DNA of 64,000 nucleotides from an uncultured Bdellovibrionales bacterium (GTDB taxonomy: Bacteria > Patescibacteriota > Minisyncoccia > Moranbacterales > UBA1568). The notes under the pieces are model-generated. The model saw only the letters and a list, made by a program, of their open reading frames with translations. It did no database searches and had not been told where the DNA came from. This document shows positions 48,519-58,728 of this stretch, in pieces (within the stretch, counting starts at the first letter, position 1; each line of letters starts with the position of its first letter). Position numbers and translations under genes: made by a program. The stretch lies in assembly GCA_964580285.1 (NCBI GenBank), contig CAZOKB010000001.1, positions 73,366 to 137,365 on the forward strand, read 5' to 3'.

Positions 48519-48532
48519 ACGGAATAACGGTA

Positions 48533-50374
48533 TTATTGTATTTCAAAAATGACAGCCGTATTACTAAAGGGATTGGCCTCTGGAAAACGAAACCCTGAAT
48601 GAGAGCTGGTGTCTCGAGGAGCTAAAGAAGAGGAAGTGAAGATGAGTGTGTGTCGAGGCGTGAGCGTGTAGCCAGAGAGGCTGTGCATCCATTGATGAGC
48701 TTGATCTTGAGGTACAACGAGCCAGGTGTGTTCGTAGAGTGAGCGGTCAAGTCGGGAAAAGTCAGCTGGATTGAAAAAATAAGCTGCGTTTTTATGGTAG
48801 AGAGAAGCAAGAGGACCGGCGAGCATAGCAAATCCGGACCCGGTAGTATTGCGGTCAATCAGCACGAGATCATGCGGACCAAAGAAGGTGGCAGCTTGCC
48901 GGGTTTCTTCCAGGAGTACTGGATTTTCTCGTGCCAAGAGCCCTTGATACCAGGCGTGCGCTTGAGAAGAGAAGAGGCTTATGAAAATGAGTATCAGGAT
49001 AAAACGGCGCCGGGGACTTTCAGGGATATTAAGGGGAAAACGTTTGGTTTCAGCAAAGAAAAAAGAAGGACCAACTACGGCAAAGAAGAGGAAGACGGGA
49101 TAAATGGTAGGGAGGTAACGACGGAGCATCCAGGGGTGATCTGGGGTGATATTCGGAAAAAAAAGATAGGCAAAAGTGGGTAAGGCAATGATCGCGGGCA
49201 GAAGTGTTGAAAAGCGTTTTTTCCAGAGAAGAAAACAGAATCCGAATATGCCGAGTATCCAGACAAGAAGGAGGCCGTAAGAAAAGAGAAGGGATGAAAA
49301 AGAAAGAGAGGTGGAAGTGGATGTGAGGGTGTTTGAGTGAAGAGTGAAGCTCAACAGGAAGTCTCTTAGGGCTTTACCAATAGTGATAAAAAACGGCAGC
49401 ATGTCAGAAAGACTGGCAGCTAACGTAAGGAGAAAGAGGAGTGTTGGAGCAACAAGACTTTTGAGCGGGTACTGTTTCCACAGATTTCGAGTCTGTGGAT
49501 GAAAAGCGAGGAGAGCGCAGGTGAGGGGGAGAATGAGCGTGCCTTCAATGCGAGTAAAAAAAAGTATGCCTGCAGCCGATAAAGTGGCGGCGTAGTGAAG
49601 GAATTTTCCTTCTTGACGGAAGCGGATAAGAGAGAGGGTGAGGAAGAGGAAGAGAAAGAGGGCGAGATTTTCGGTGAGGGTGAATTTTACAAACCACACT
49701 GGAAGGAAGGCGGTGCTTAAAAGGAGTGCTCCTAAGAAGGCGAGGAGCCGGCGGAGGAAAATCCGAAGGAGAAAATAAAACGTACAAGAGGAGAAGGCGA
49801 GTAACACAGCATTACCGATTTGAAAGCCATTCAGGTGGAAGAGCTGGTAGAAGCTGCCTAGCCAGGCGGTGTAGGCGAGAGGGAATTGTGTCAGGAGTTC
49901 GCCGTGTTCGGTGTAAAAAAAGCCAGGGAAATTATAAGCGAGACCGGGACCATAGAGAGAAAAAAAAGTGGTGGCAACGGGCGTGGAAAAATGAAAGGCA
50001 TGATGTTCTGCGAGGGCGATGGCGGCGGTAGCGATGGCTCCCTGATCTCGACCGGTAAAGACCGTGGGCTCGGCAGAGAGAGCGCTTATCATCGCGAGAG
50101 CGGTGAGAACTAAAAGAAAGGCTTTTTCTGGAGCAGGAAGAAGGGAGAGTGTTTTGATGCACAGGAACAGAATAAGGGTGCTCATGAGCGAAAAACCAAA
50201 AGCGATGAGCGGGAGCATGAAAAGCCCGCTCACTCCGAGAGCCAGAGCGAACCAGATAAAAACGAGGATGGCGAGGCCGGTTAAAGTGAAAAAGTTTTGC
50301 GCTCGAAAGTGGTTACGGTGTTCGTGTTCCATATGTCTAGTGTACCGTAGAAAAGAGGTCTTTTCAATTTGCAA
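48533..50374 (-). CDS. polytopic membrane protein, putative GT39/ArnT/PMT-like glycosyltransferase
   Basis: 613 aa with more than 12 TM helices, located in the polysaccharide cluster. Confidence 0.35.
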   Translation of the reverse strand: MQIEKTSFLRYTRHMEHEHRNHFRAQNFFTLTGLAILVFIWFALALGVSGLFMLPLIAFGFSLMSTLILFLCIKTLSLLPAPEKAFLLVLTALAMISALSAEPTVFTGRDQGAIATAAIALAEHHAFHFSTPVATTFFSLYGPGLAYNFPGFFYTEHGELLTQFPLAYTAWLGSFYQLFHLNGFQIGNAVLLAFSSCTFYFLLRIFLRRLLAFLGALLLSTAFLPVWFVKFTLTENLALFLFLFLTLSLIRFRQEGKFLHYAATLSAAGILFFTRIEGTLILPLTCALLAFHPQTRNLWKQYPLKSLVAPTLLFLLTLAASLSDMLPFFITIGKALRDFLLSFTLHSNTLTSTSTSLSFSSLLFSYGLLLVWILGIFGFCFLLWKKRFSTLLPAIIALPTFAYLFFPNITPDHPWMLRRYLPTIYPVFLFFAVVGPSFFFAETKRFPLNIPESPRRRFILILIFISLFSSQAHAWYQGLLARENPVLLEETRQAATFFGPHDLVLIDRNTTGSGFAMLAGPLASLYHKNAAYFFNPADFSRLDRSLYEHTWLVVPQDQAHQWMHSLSGYTLTPRHTLIFTSSSLAPRDTSSHSGFRFPEANPFSNTAVIFEIQ

Positions 50375-50418
50375 AGCGAGATGCTCCCGTATAGAATGAA
50401 GAAAACAAATTTATCCAC

Positions 50419-52881
50419 ATGACTCATCTGGCTTTTTTTGCTTGGTACTATCGTGAGGGTGCGCGCAATGGTTTTTCAAATGTGAAAAATCTTTTACGTG
50501 CGGTGCTGCATCGTTTCAATACGCGTGAGCTAGCACTCACTCTTTTTGCTCCATGGAAGCGGGATATTGAATACCGCACGTGGCGTGGTTTTCATCCTTT
50601 GCGAGCGTTCGTGCGTTTTATCGATAATACTCTTTCTCGGTTTATGGGCATGTGGGTACGCTTGCCAGTAGTGCTCTATGGTTTCGCATATCTTTGTGTG
50701 GCTTTGGTGATTTCTTTTGCGGTCTATGTGTGGTATCTCGGAGCGCCTCTTTGCTTGCTCATAGGGCTGTACGGGTTTTTTACGGGTTTCTCATTAGCTC
50801 CTGTTTTGGTGCTGGCGGGTATCTTTGGAATGCTTTTTGGATTCCTGTGCTTTCTTATGCGCACACCGGAACTCGAAGTGATTGGTAATATTGATTTTTT
50901 GGCTCTTCAGAAAAAACCTTGGTTTTATCGAGTGTTGGCGCGATTAGAGATGGATATCAAAGATATTCCGGCTGATGCACTGGCCAATGTCAGGGCGTTT
51001 ATGGCGCTCCTTAAAATCCGCAATATTGATGAAGAAACCCTGGCCATCGCTTTAGATATCGAGCAACGAGCTTTTGTGCGGCAGGCCCGAGCTAAGCGTT
51101 TTTGGCTTTGGGAAAACCTGGAGAAAAAAACTCCTCTGGGTAAGGGGTGGCGTTTTGGGTACACTCCTCGACTTGATCGCTATTGTTTAGATCTCTCTCA
51201 GGAAGATCCAACGGAGTACCGTTCTATGGAACTTATCGGTCGTCAAGCGGAATTCCGAGTGGCAACTGTGGTGCTGGAGCGTCCTGAACAGAATAATATT
51301 TTCTTGGTGGGTGAGCCGGGTATTGGTAAAAAAATGTTTGTGCACTATCTGGCACGGTTGATTCGGGAAAGTGCCTTTCCCAAAAACAGCTCCTTGAATG
51401 ACCTGCGCGTACTCCTCTTTGATCTTGAAGAAGCGATTGGTGAAATATTGAATCGAGGAGAGAATCCAGAAGATACGTTGCGCGGACTCTTTTTTGAGGC
51501 TGCATCAGCAGGGAATGTGCTCCTGGTGGTTGAGGATGTCGATTTGTTTTTAGGGACAGATCCACAGAAACTGAATATCGCGCATCTTTTGAATGAATTT
51601 TTAGCACTCCCATCCTTCCGTTTCATTGGAACAGCGGTGGCGGCTCGGTATCATGCGCTCGCTAAAAAAGATGAACAAATCCTCAAACTCTTTGAAACTA
51701 TCTATCTTCGTCAGCCAAATGTGGCTGAGAACCGCGAGATCCTTGTCCAGTTTTTTGCACAATCAGAGCGGAGGCAGGTAGTGCTGACCCTGAAGGCGAT
51801 TGAGACGATTATTATGTCATCGCGTCGGTACAATTGGGAAATGCCGTATCCGGAACGGGTGCTTGATTTAGCTCAGCAGGTGATGATTTATTTCCGTAAT
51901 CAGCCAGGGCGTTTCTTGACGGAGAAGGTGGTGAACGAGTACGTGAGCATGAAGACGGGTATGCCGATCGGGGAAGTTGGTGCGGATGAACAGAAGAAGC
52001 TCTTAAATCTTGAAACTGAGCTCCATGAGCGTGTGATCGGCCAGAATGAAGCGGTGAACCAGGTGTCGCAGGTGCTCCGTAAGGCCCGAGCAGGCTTTCA
52101 TGATCCAAAACGACCACTGGGGAGTTTTCTCTTTATGGGCCCAACAGGTGTAGGGAAAACCGAAACCGTTAAAGCCTTGGCCGAATCGATTTTTGGTGAT
52201 GAGGAAAAAATGTTCCGGATTGACATGAGTGAGTTTCAGATCCCAAACAGTCTGGAACGTTTGCTTGGATCACAGGCCGACGGTTTGCCAGGCATTCTCA
52301 CGAAAGCCATGAAAGAGCATCCATACTGCATCTTGCTTTTGGACGAAATCGAAAAGGCTTACCCAAAAATTTTGGATGTGTTCCTGCAGATTATTGATGA
52401 AGGCATGGTGACGGATAGCTTTGGTGAAAAGATCAATTTCCGTAATGCCATTATTATTGCGACTTCGAATGCGGGGTCAGTATTGATCAAGGAGCTCTCT
52501 GAACAGGGGATACCGCTCAATGTGCTCCGGAAACAAGTCATTGATCAGGTGGTACATGAAGGTATTTTCCGTATCGAATTTATGAACCGCTTTGATAATC
52601 TCATTTTCTTCGAACCGCTCTCAGCTCCGCAATTGACTGATATCGCGGAACTGAAGCTCAAGAAATTTGTAGATCAGATCAAGGCTGAAAAAAATATCGA
52701 AGTGGTGATCGCGCCGGGAGTGACGGAGCGTATTGTGGCCCATGGGTACGAGCCACAGTTTGGGGCTCGCTCGGTGAATCGGTACATTATGGATCATATT
52801 GAAGATATCGTGGTGCGCAAGGTTATTTCGGGAGCCGTGAAGTCTGGCGGCAGTGTTATTATCGGCCCTGAGGATATCTAG
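50419..52881 (+). CDS. membrane-anchored ClpA/ClpB-like AAA+ ATPase (N-terminal 4-TM domain plus two NBDs)
   Basis: TM helices within the first ~150 residues. NBD1 GEPGIGKK. NBD2 GPTGVGKTE...LLLDEIEKA...IIDEGMVTD. ClpB C-terminal block GARSVNRYI. Confidence 0.65.
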   Translation: MTHLAFFAWYYREGARNGFSNVKNLLRAVLHRFNTRELALTLFAPWKRDIEYRTWRGFHPLRAFVRFIDNTLSRFMGMWVRLPVVLYGFAYLCVALVISFAVYVWYLGAPLCLLIGLYGFFTGFSLAPVLVLAGIFGMLFGFLCFLMRTPELEVIGNIDFLALQKKPWFYRVLARLEMDIKDIPADALANVRAFMALLKIRNIDEETLAIALDIEQRAFVRQARAKRFWLWENLEKKTPLGKGWRFGYTPRLDRYCLDLSQEDPTEYRSMELIGRQAEFRVATVVLERPEQNNIFLVGEPGIGKKMFVHYLARLIRESAFPKNSSLNDLRVLLFDLEEAIGEILNRGENPEDTLRGLFFEAASAGNVLLVVEDVDLFLGTDPQKLNIAHLLNEFLALPSFRFIGTAVAARYHALAKKDEQILKLFETIYLRQPNVAENREILVQFFAQSERRQVVLTLKAIETIIMSSRRYNWEMPYPERVLDLAQQVMIYFRNQPGRFLTEKVVNEYVSMKTGMPIGEVGADEQKKLLNLETELHERVIGQNEAVNQVSQVLRKARAGFHDPKRPLGSFLFMGPTGVGKTETVKALAESIFGDEEKMFRIDMSEFQIPNSLERLLGSQADGLPGILTKAMKEHPYCILLLDEIEKAYPKILDVFLQIIDEGMVTDSFGEKINFRNAIIIATSNAGSVLIKELSEQGIPLNVLRKQVIDQVVHEGIFRIEFMNRFDNLIFFEPLSAPQLTDIAELKLKKFVDQIKAEKNIEVVIAPGVTERIVAHGYEPQFGARSVNRYIMDHIEDIVVRKVISGAVKSGGSVIIGPEDI

Positions 52882-53012
52882 TTGATAGAGAGTCTTTGGA
52901 AGACCGCTCAAAAGGCGGTCTTTTTTTGTTGAATCCTCAAAAACTAACCCCTAAAAAAACTATCAGCTGTCCTTTGTTTTCCTTTGGGGAATAGGCTAAT
53001 ATAGAGGAGATT

Positions 53013-54224
53013 ATGTCTGAAACATTCAAGAAAAAACTCAAAATTCTTGTGGTTGCTCCGACCCCGTTTTTTGCTGATCGCGGGACACATATCCGGATTC
53101 TGGAAGAAGCGCTCGCGCTGGAGCGATTAGGAAATGAAGTGACGATTGCCACGTACCATATCGGTAACGATATTCCTGAAAGTCTTGGGTCTTCCATTGA
53201 TGTACGCCGTATTCGCCGGCTTCTTTTTTGGTATAAAAAATTGGAAGCGGGTCCGGATTGGCAGAAAATTGTACTGGATCTCTTGCTTATCAAGAAGACG
53301 CTTTTTTTGGCACGCACCAAACGGCCGGATATCATCCATGGCCATCTCCATGAGGGTGTGCTGATTGGTTGGATGGTGCAGAAGCTACTTTTTTGGCGCG
53401 GTATTAAGTTGGTCGGTGATTTTCATGGCAGCCTGGTAAAAGAGATGGTTTCTCATTCCTATCTTGGTGGGGGGGTATTGCGTAAGATATTTCAGTGGAT
53501 TGAACACAGGATCGATAACCTCGGTGACGCAGCCGTGACGAGCTCGTGGGAAAACACGGAAGAGATTGCACGTATTCGCACCAGAGGATCAACGGAAGTC
53601 TTATTGGATGGTGTGCGCGTGGAAATGTTTGATCACCTTCCAGAAAAAAATATTTTGCGCCGCGAATATGGCATACCGGAAGATAAGATAGTTGTTACCT
53701 ATACAGGTGCTTTGATTCCTAATAAGGGCATCCAGTTTTTTCTTGAGGCGATCCCTTTGGTTCTCGAAAAATACCCAGCGGCACATTTTCTTATTTCCGG
53801 ATTTCCCTATGATCAAATAGAGCATCGTATTCGGGGTCAGGCGTGGGAAAAAAATGTCAGCGTTGTTTCGCCGCTGCCATACTTCATACTACCCAAAATT
53901 CTTAAACTTTCTGATATTGGGGTGGATCCTAAGGAGGCATCTGTGAGACAGGCCAGTGGAAAGACACTGCAGTATATGGGGGCCGGATTGGCTATTGCTT
54001 GTTTTGATACGCGTAATAATCGAGAGTATCTCGGTGAAGGTGGTTCCTTCGCTCAGGATATTTCTGGCGCTGGACTTGCGGAAGCCATTGGAAGACTCGT
54101 AGAAAGTCCTGAACGACGAGAACGATACGGGACAATGAACCGAGAGCGAGCCAAGCAATTCACGTGGGTGCAGCCAGCCGAAAAGCTCGAAACGATCTAT
54201 AGACAACTAACAGCGAACAACTAA
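53013..54224 (+). CDS. glycosyltransferase family 4
   Basis: GT4 fold motifs. Confidence 0.65.
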   Translation: MSETFKKKLKILVVAPTPFFADRGTHIRILEEALALERLGNEVTIATYHIGNDIPESLGSSIDVRRIRRLLFWYKKLEAGPDWQKIVLDLLLIKKTLFLARTKRPDIIHGHLHEGVLIGWMVQKLLFWRGIKLVGDFHGSLVKEMVSHSYLGGGVLRKIFQWIEHRIDNLGDAAVTSSWENTEEIARIRTRGSTEVLLDGVRVEMFDHLPEKNILRREYGIPEDKIVVTYTGALIPNKGIQFFLEAIPLVLEKYPAAHFLISGFPYDQIEHRIRGQAWEKNVSVVSPLPYFILPKILKLSDIGVDPKEASVRQASGKTLQYMGAGLAIACFDTRNNREYLGEGGSFAQDISGAGLAEAIGRLVESPERRERYGTMNRERAKQFTWVQPAEKLETIYRQLTANN

Positions 54225-54233
54225 CATCAATCA

Positions 54234-54620
54234 ATGAACACCCAACAGCGCACAACTAAGAATATAAAGAGAGATATCTTGAAGGAAAAGATGGATGAGC
54301 TTGCGTATTCTGTATACAAAGAAACAAAAAGCTTTCCAAAGGATGAGATATTTGGTATAACTTCGCAGCTTCGTCGAGCGGTGCTTTCGATTGTTTTAAA
54401 TTATATTGAAGGATATGCTCGGAATGGAGCAAAAGAATACAGAAATTTCTTGAAAATTTCCTATGGATCTTTACAAGAAACAAAGTATCTCCTCTTTTTT
54501 TCAGCACGAGAGAATTATTTATCAGAAGGGAGCTATGCGAAGCTAGAGAAGTTAACCGACGAAGTAGGAGCTCTCTTGTGGACTACTCTCGAGAGAATAA
54601 AGGATAGCATCGGGAAGTAA
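54234..54620 (+). CDS. four-helix-bundle protein (23S rRNA intervening-sequence protein family)
   Basis: FPKDEIFGITSQLRRAVLSIVLNYIEGYAR...SLQETKYLL signature. Confidence 0.7.
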   Translation: MNTQQRTTKNIKRDILKEKMDELAYSVYKETKSFPKDEIFGITSQLRRAVLSIVLNYIEGYARNGAKEYRNFLKISYGSLQETKYLLFFSARENYLSEGSYAKLEKLTDEVGALLWTTLERIKDSIGK

Positions 54621-54741
54621 CGTGATGTTTCGGATGTTTATTTCTCGATAGTGACTGGTTATTGTTAGCTGATAGTTGCTCGTTGTTCAGTGTTAGATGT
54701 TAATTGTTCGATGATGATAGTTGATTATTGTTAGCTGATCT

Positions 54742-55917
54742 ATGAAATTGTGGCTGATTAATCTCGGAAAAGCATGGAGTACGCTCAAGCGTGAAGGAGT
54801 TCTCAGAGGAGCACAAAGAATCCTTGTGGGAGCCTGGAATCTTCTTCCACGTCGTTTGAATGGCGACATTTTGATTATCACGAGCGGTGTTGGGGACAGT
54901 GCACGATACCGAGGAGAATACGTAGCAGAGGAGTTGCGACTCAAAGGGTTCCGGGTGGCGGTAACCACGCAGCATAATCCTTGGCTAGCAAAGTACGCGG
55001 ATGATTTCTCTGTTTTTATCTTTCATCGGACACTCTACATTGGCCAGGTAAAAGAACTCTTTGATCGTGTAAAAGTGTTGAAGAAAACCGTTGTGTTTGA
55101 AACGGATGACTTGGTCTACGATCCGACGTATATCACAAAGACGGAGTATTATCAGAAAATGAATGCGCTTGAAAAGAAGTTGTATGAGCATGGGGTGGGA
55201 GGGGAAATTCTCAATGATGTGCAGGTTTGTACGACCACGACCTCGTATATCGCTGAAAAACTTCGGGAGAAAGGAAAGAAAGTCTTTATTGTCCGGAATA
55301 AACTTTCTCAAGAAGATATTGCATGGATCGAAAAGCTATCCGCTAAAAACTATCCGCTAAGAGCTGCTCTACGGATTGGATATGCAAGCGGTACGGCTAC
55401 GCATAATAAGGATTTTGCAACCATTACTGAGGCACTTCTCAAGCTTCTGGAGGCGTATCCGGAGATACGACTGGTCATTGCTGGGCCATTACTGCTGGAT
55501 GATCGTTTTGCTTCCTTTCATGAGCGGATCGAAAGATTGCCGTTTGCTAGTCGACGGCAGCATTTCAAAAATCTGGCAACATTAGATATCAATCTTGCGC
55601 CACTCGAAGTTGGTGCGCCGTTCTGCGAAGGGAAGTCGGAACTTAAGTGGTTTGAAGCGGGAGTTCTTGGTGTGCCAACGGTTGCCGCGGCGACAGAGAC
55701 ATTTCGCGAGGCAATCCGAGATGGTGTGGATGGTTTTGTAGCGCATGAGCGTGATGAATGGTATGCGAAGCTCGAGCGATTGATCCAGGATCCGGTCTTA
55801 AGAAAAACCATGGGCGAAGAGGCTCGGAAGACGGTGCTGGATGAATATGTGACCCAGGTGAATGATAATCAAGCGTATTATGATTTTCTGCATGGAGCGA
55901 TAACGCGAAACTCATAA
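54742..55917 (+). CDS. glycosyltransferase family 4
   Basis: GT4-like C-terminal domain. Confidence 0.55.
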   Translation: MKLWLINLGKAWSTLKREGVLRGAQRILVGAWNLLPRRLNGDILIITSGVGDSARYRGEYVAEELRLKGFRVAVTTQHNPWLAKYADDFSVFIFHRTLYIGQVKELFDRVKVLKKTVVFETDDLVYDPTYITKTEYYQKMNALEKKLYEHGVGGEILNDVQVCTTTTSYIAEKLREKGKKVFIVRNKLSQEDIAWIEKLSAKNYPLRAALRIGYASGTATHNKDFATITEALLKLLEAYPEIRLVIAGPLLLDDRFASFHERIERLPFASRRQHFKNLATLDINLAPLEVGAPFCEGKSELKWFEAGVLGVPTVAAATETFREAIRDGVDGFVAHERDEWYAKLERLIQDPVLRKTMGEEARKTVLDEYVTQVNDNQAYYDFLHGAITRNS

Positions 55918-55920
55918 GGA

Positions 55921-57081
55921 TTGGATTTTACTGTTGCGATTATGCACAAGAAAGAATGGTTGGAAAAGATAGAGAGACAAGGAAGAGATCTGAAAAATAA
56001 AATCAAACACTCCCCACGCTTGCTTAAAAAGAAGAAGGGGTTTTTGTGGGCAAGTTTTCTCGGATGGGGCTTAGTGGTTTTTGCTCTTGTTTTGGGCGTT
56101 TGGTTGCAAAAATATTTCTCCTTTCAACCAAAACCTTCTCAGGTTTCTAAACCAGAACCAGAAGCAATTGTGTTAGAGCGTGCGAGCCTGCTCAAAGTAG
56201 GCTTTGTTACGGATTGGGAATATGCAGATAAGATTCGTCTCAAGCAAAAAATCACCAGTGAGGCCCCGATTGAGCTTCGCAAGGTGGTGAGTTATTTTAA
56301 TACGACATTCTTGCCGGATGTGGTGGTGGGAGGTGGTGATTATATCGAGTCATCCAATGCCAAACCGGAGCGAGCCAGACGGCAACTGGCAGAGATGAAC
56401 GCTATTTTTTCCAAAGTCACAGCGCCAAGACTTTATGCTTTTGGAGATCATGATTTCCGATCGTTGACGCAGGAGGAGATCAAATCAGTGCTAGGACTTG
56501 CCGAAACGCACGATTGGAAAGATATTGGTGACTGGCGCATTATTACCATCGATCCGAACTATGACCGGGATGATAATCATCGCAATGCGAAGCCGTATGT
56601 TTTCGGGCACATGAGTCCTGCGGAGATGGATTGGCTGCGGGGAGCACTGCAGACAGAGCGGCCGGTGCTGGTGTTTTCTCACTATAATCTGATTCCGGTA
56701 CCGAATTCCAAGGGAGCCTATATTTACAATGTCGATAATGCGGATGCAGTACGGACACTTCTTGAAGAAGCCGGGAATGTCGTGGCGGTGGTTTCCGGGC
56801 ATAATCCAATGGGGTATTATGAAAAGCGGAACGGCATCCATTATTTCGTTGTCGATACGCTGGTGAATCGCAAGGCGATGGGAAGCTTCGCAACCATTGA
56901 AGCGCGCTATGTCCGTGAAGAGCATTATGCGCATATTTTTCTTCGTCAGTACGGAGCCAACAAAGTCCAGTATTCGGTAGATGGAAAAATCGGAAAGTCG
57001 GATACCCATTTGATCACGAGCCCACCGTTTGCATTGCAGCTTTCGGATGAGGTGACTGAGGCAGAATTGATGGATCAGTAA
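55921..57081 (+). CDS. membrane-anchored metallophosphoesterase (calcineurin-like)
   Basis: GDHDF...GHMSPAE...VFSHYNL...GHNP metal-binding motifs and an N-terminal TM. Confidence 0.6.
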   Translation: MDFTVAIMHKKEWLEKIERQGRDLKNKIKHSPRLLKKKKGFLWASFLGWGLVVFALVLGVWLQKYFSFQPKPSQVSKPEPEAIVLERASLLKVGFVTDWEYADKIRLKQKITSEAPIELRKVVSYFNTTFLPDVVVGGGDYIESSNAKPERARRQLAEMNAIFSKVTAPRLYAFGDHDFRSLTQEEIKSVLGLAETHDWKDIGDWRIITIDPNYDRDDNHRNAKPYVFGHMSPAEMDWLRGALQTERPVLVFSHYNLIPVPNSKGAYIYNVDNADAVRTLLEEAGNVVAVVSGHNPMGYYEKRNGIHYFVVDTLVNRKAMGSFATIEARYVREEHYAHIFLRQYGANKVQYSVDGKIGKSDTHLITSPPFALQLSDEVTEAELMDQ

Positions 57082-57101
57082 CTGAGTAACATAAAAACAC
57101 T

Positions 57102-58055
57102 ATGAGGATTCTTATTACAGGTGGAGCGGGATTTATTGGAAGCGCGTGTGCAAAAGCGTTGATGGAGCGAGGGGATATGCCGATTCTCGTCGATAACTTC
57201 AACGACTACTATGATCCGCAACTGAAGAAGGACCGTATTTCGAAGTTTCTCAAGGCTTATAAGGGAAAGTTCGTTTTGCGGAAGGGGGATATCCGTGACC
57301 GGAAGTTCATGGAGCGAGTGTTCAAAAAGGATCAACCAGAAAAAGTGATCCACTTGGCTGCTATGGCCGGAGTGCGGAATTCATTGCGCGATCCTTTGCT
57401 CTATGCGGATGTGAATGTGATGGGCACAACGAATCTTCTGGATCTCTCCGTGAAGTACAAGATCAAGAATTTCGTCTATGCGTCTTCGTCCTCAGTGTAT
57501 GGTACGAATACGCCGCCATTCTCCGAGACAGATAATGTTGATACGCCGATCTCTCCGTATGCCGCGACTAAGAAAGCTACCGAATTGATCGCGCATACGT
57601 TTAGTCATATCCACGGGCTACCGACGACAGGGCTACGATTCTTCACGGTCTATGGGCCATGGGGCCGGCCGGATATGGCGCTCTTCCATTTCACCAAGAG
57701 CATTCTCGAAGGGCAGGAAATTGAGGTCTACAATTTCGGCAAGATGTCACGTAATTTCACTTACGTCGACGATATTGTGTCAGGGACGATCGCTGTGCTC
57801 GATGCCAATTTGTCCTGCGATATCATGAATATCGGTGGAGATCGTGAAGAGACGTTGCTGGCTTTTATTGCGACGATCGAGAAGCATACTGGCAAGGAAG
57901 CGAAAAAGAAACTCATGCCGATGCAGCCGGGGGATGTGCCGAATACGGTGGCGAATATCAAAAAGCTCCGTAAACTCGGTTGGAAGCCGACGACGCGCAT
58001 CGACCAGGGCATCGGGAATTTCGTCGCGTGGTACCGAGAATATTTTAAAGTGTAA
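57102..58055 (+). CDS. NAD-dependent sugar epimerase/dehydratase (UDP-glucuronate 4-epimerase-like SDR)
   Basis: ILITGGAGFIGS Rossmann motif and catalytic YxxxK. Confidence 0.8.
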   Translation: MRILITGGAGFIGSACAKALMERGDMPILVDNFNDYYDPQLKKDRISKFLKAYKGKFVLRKGDIRDRKFMERVFKKDQPEKVIHLAAMAGVRNSLRDPLLYADVNVMGTTNLLDLSVKYKIKNFVYASSSSVYGTNTPPFSETDNVDTPISPYAATKKATELIAHTFSHIHGLPTTGLRFFTVYGPWGRPDMALFHFTKSILEGQEIEVYNFGKMSRNFTYVDDIVSGTIAVLDANLSCDIMNIGGDREETLLAFIATIEKHTGKEAKKKLMPMQPGDVPNTVANIKKLRKLGWKPTTRIDQGIGNFVAWYREYFKV

Positions 58056-58063
58056 CTCTGTTA

Positions 58064-58110
58064 GAGGGCGTAGAAAAAAACAACCCCGGTATCATTGCTG
58101 ATGCCGGGGC
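58064..58110 (-). terminator. hairpin terminator (CCCCGG...CCGGGG) with a T-run on the minus strand, between convergent genes
   Basis: Hairpin at 58084-58109. The minus-strand read continues into TTGTTTTTTTT. Confidence 0.55.
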
Positions 58111-58125
58111 GGGATCGTGTTAGAT

Positions 58126-58533
58126 CTAATTTTGTTGACGCCGGAGGATAGCGACGCAGGCGGACGCTACCTTGTCTTGTGCTTGCAACCGATCACGGAT
58201 GGCATAGGCCAGGCAAACAGAGACCATTTGTCGGAGCAAATCCTCGCAGTCGCCGGTGAAATGAACCTGCCGAAAAAGGTCTTCTTTGCTTGCCATGACG
58301 TCACCGATCTCGAACGCAGTCATGATCTTCCCAAGCGTTGCAGGGTTCATGTCACGGACATCGCCACTCTCCAAGTCAAGTTGGATATGAGACAACAGGG
58401 CATGAGAATCCAGGTTGTGTTGCAAGAGGTCGCCGTAGCGATTCTTCTTGATGAGGTGACTCGTGAGATCGAGAATATATGGGCTCATTTTTATCTCCTT
58501 TCGAGAGATTTCCCGCTCCCAAGATTGGATCAC
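58126..58533 (-). CDS. hypothetical protein
   Basis: 135-aa ORF terminated by the convergent hairpin. An AT-rich promoter region lies upstream (58534-58728). Confidence 0.4.
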   Translation of the reverse strand: MIQSWEREISRKEIKMSPYILDLTSHLIKKNRYGDLLQHNLDSHALLSHIQLDLESGDVRDMNPATLGKIMTAFEIGDVMASKEDLFRQVHFTGDCEDLLRQMVSVCLAYAIRDRLQAQDKVASACVAILRRQQN

Positions 58534-58728
58534 AGCAGCCAGATGATTCTGGAAGATGAGTGATGGGAACCAGAGCAGGTTCCTGGGCGGCCTGTTAGTC
58601 CGTAAACTAACAATATTAATATTATATCAAAATTAGTAGTAAATGTCAATATTGCTTTGAATCTGGGGAATACGTACCATTCGCTATGGTATGATTTTGT
58701 ATAACTGCTTTTTGGAGGAGGAAGAGAT

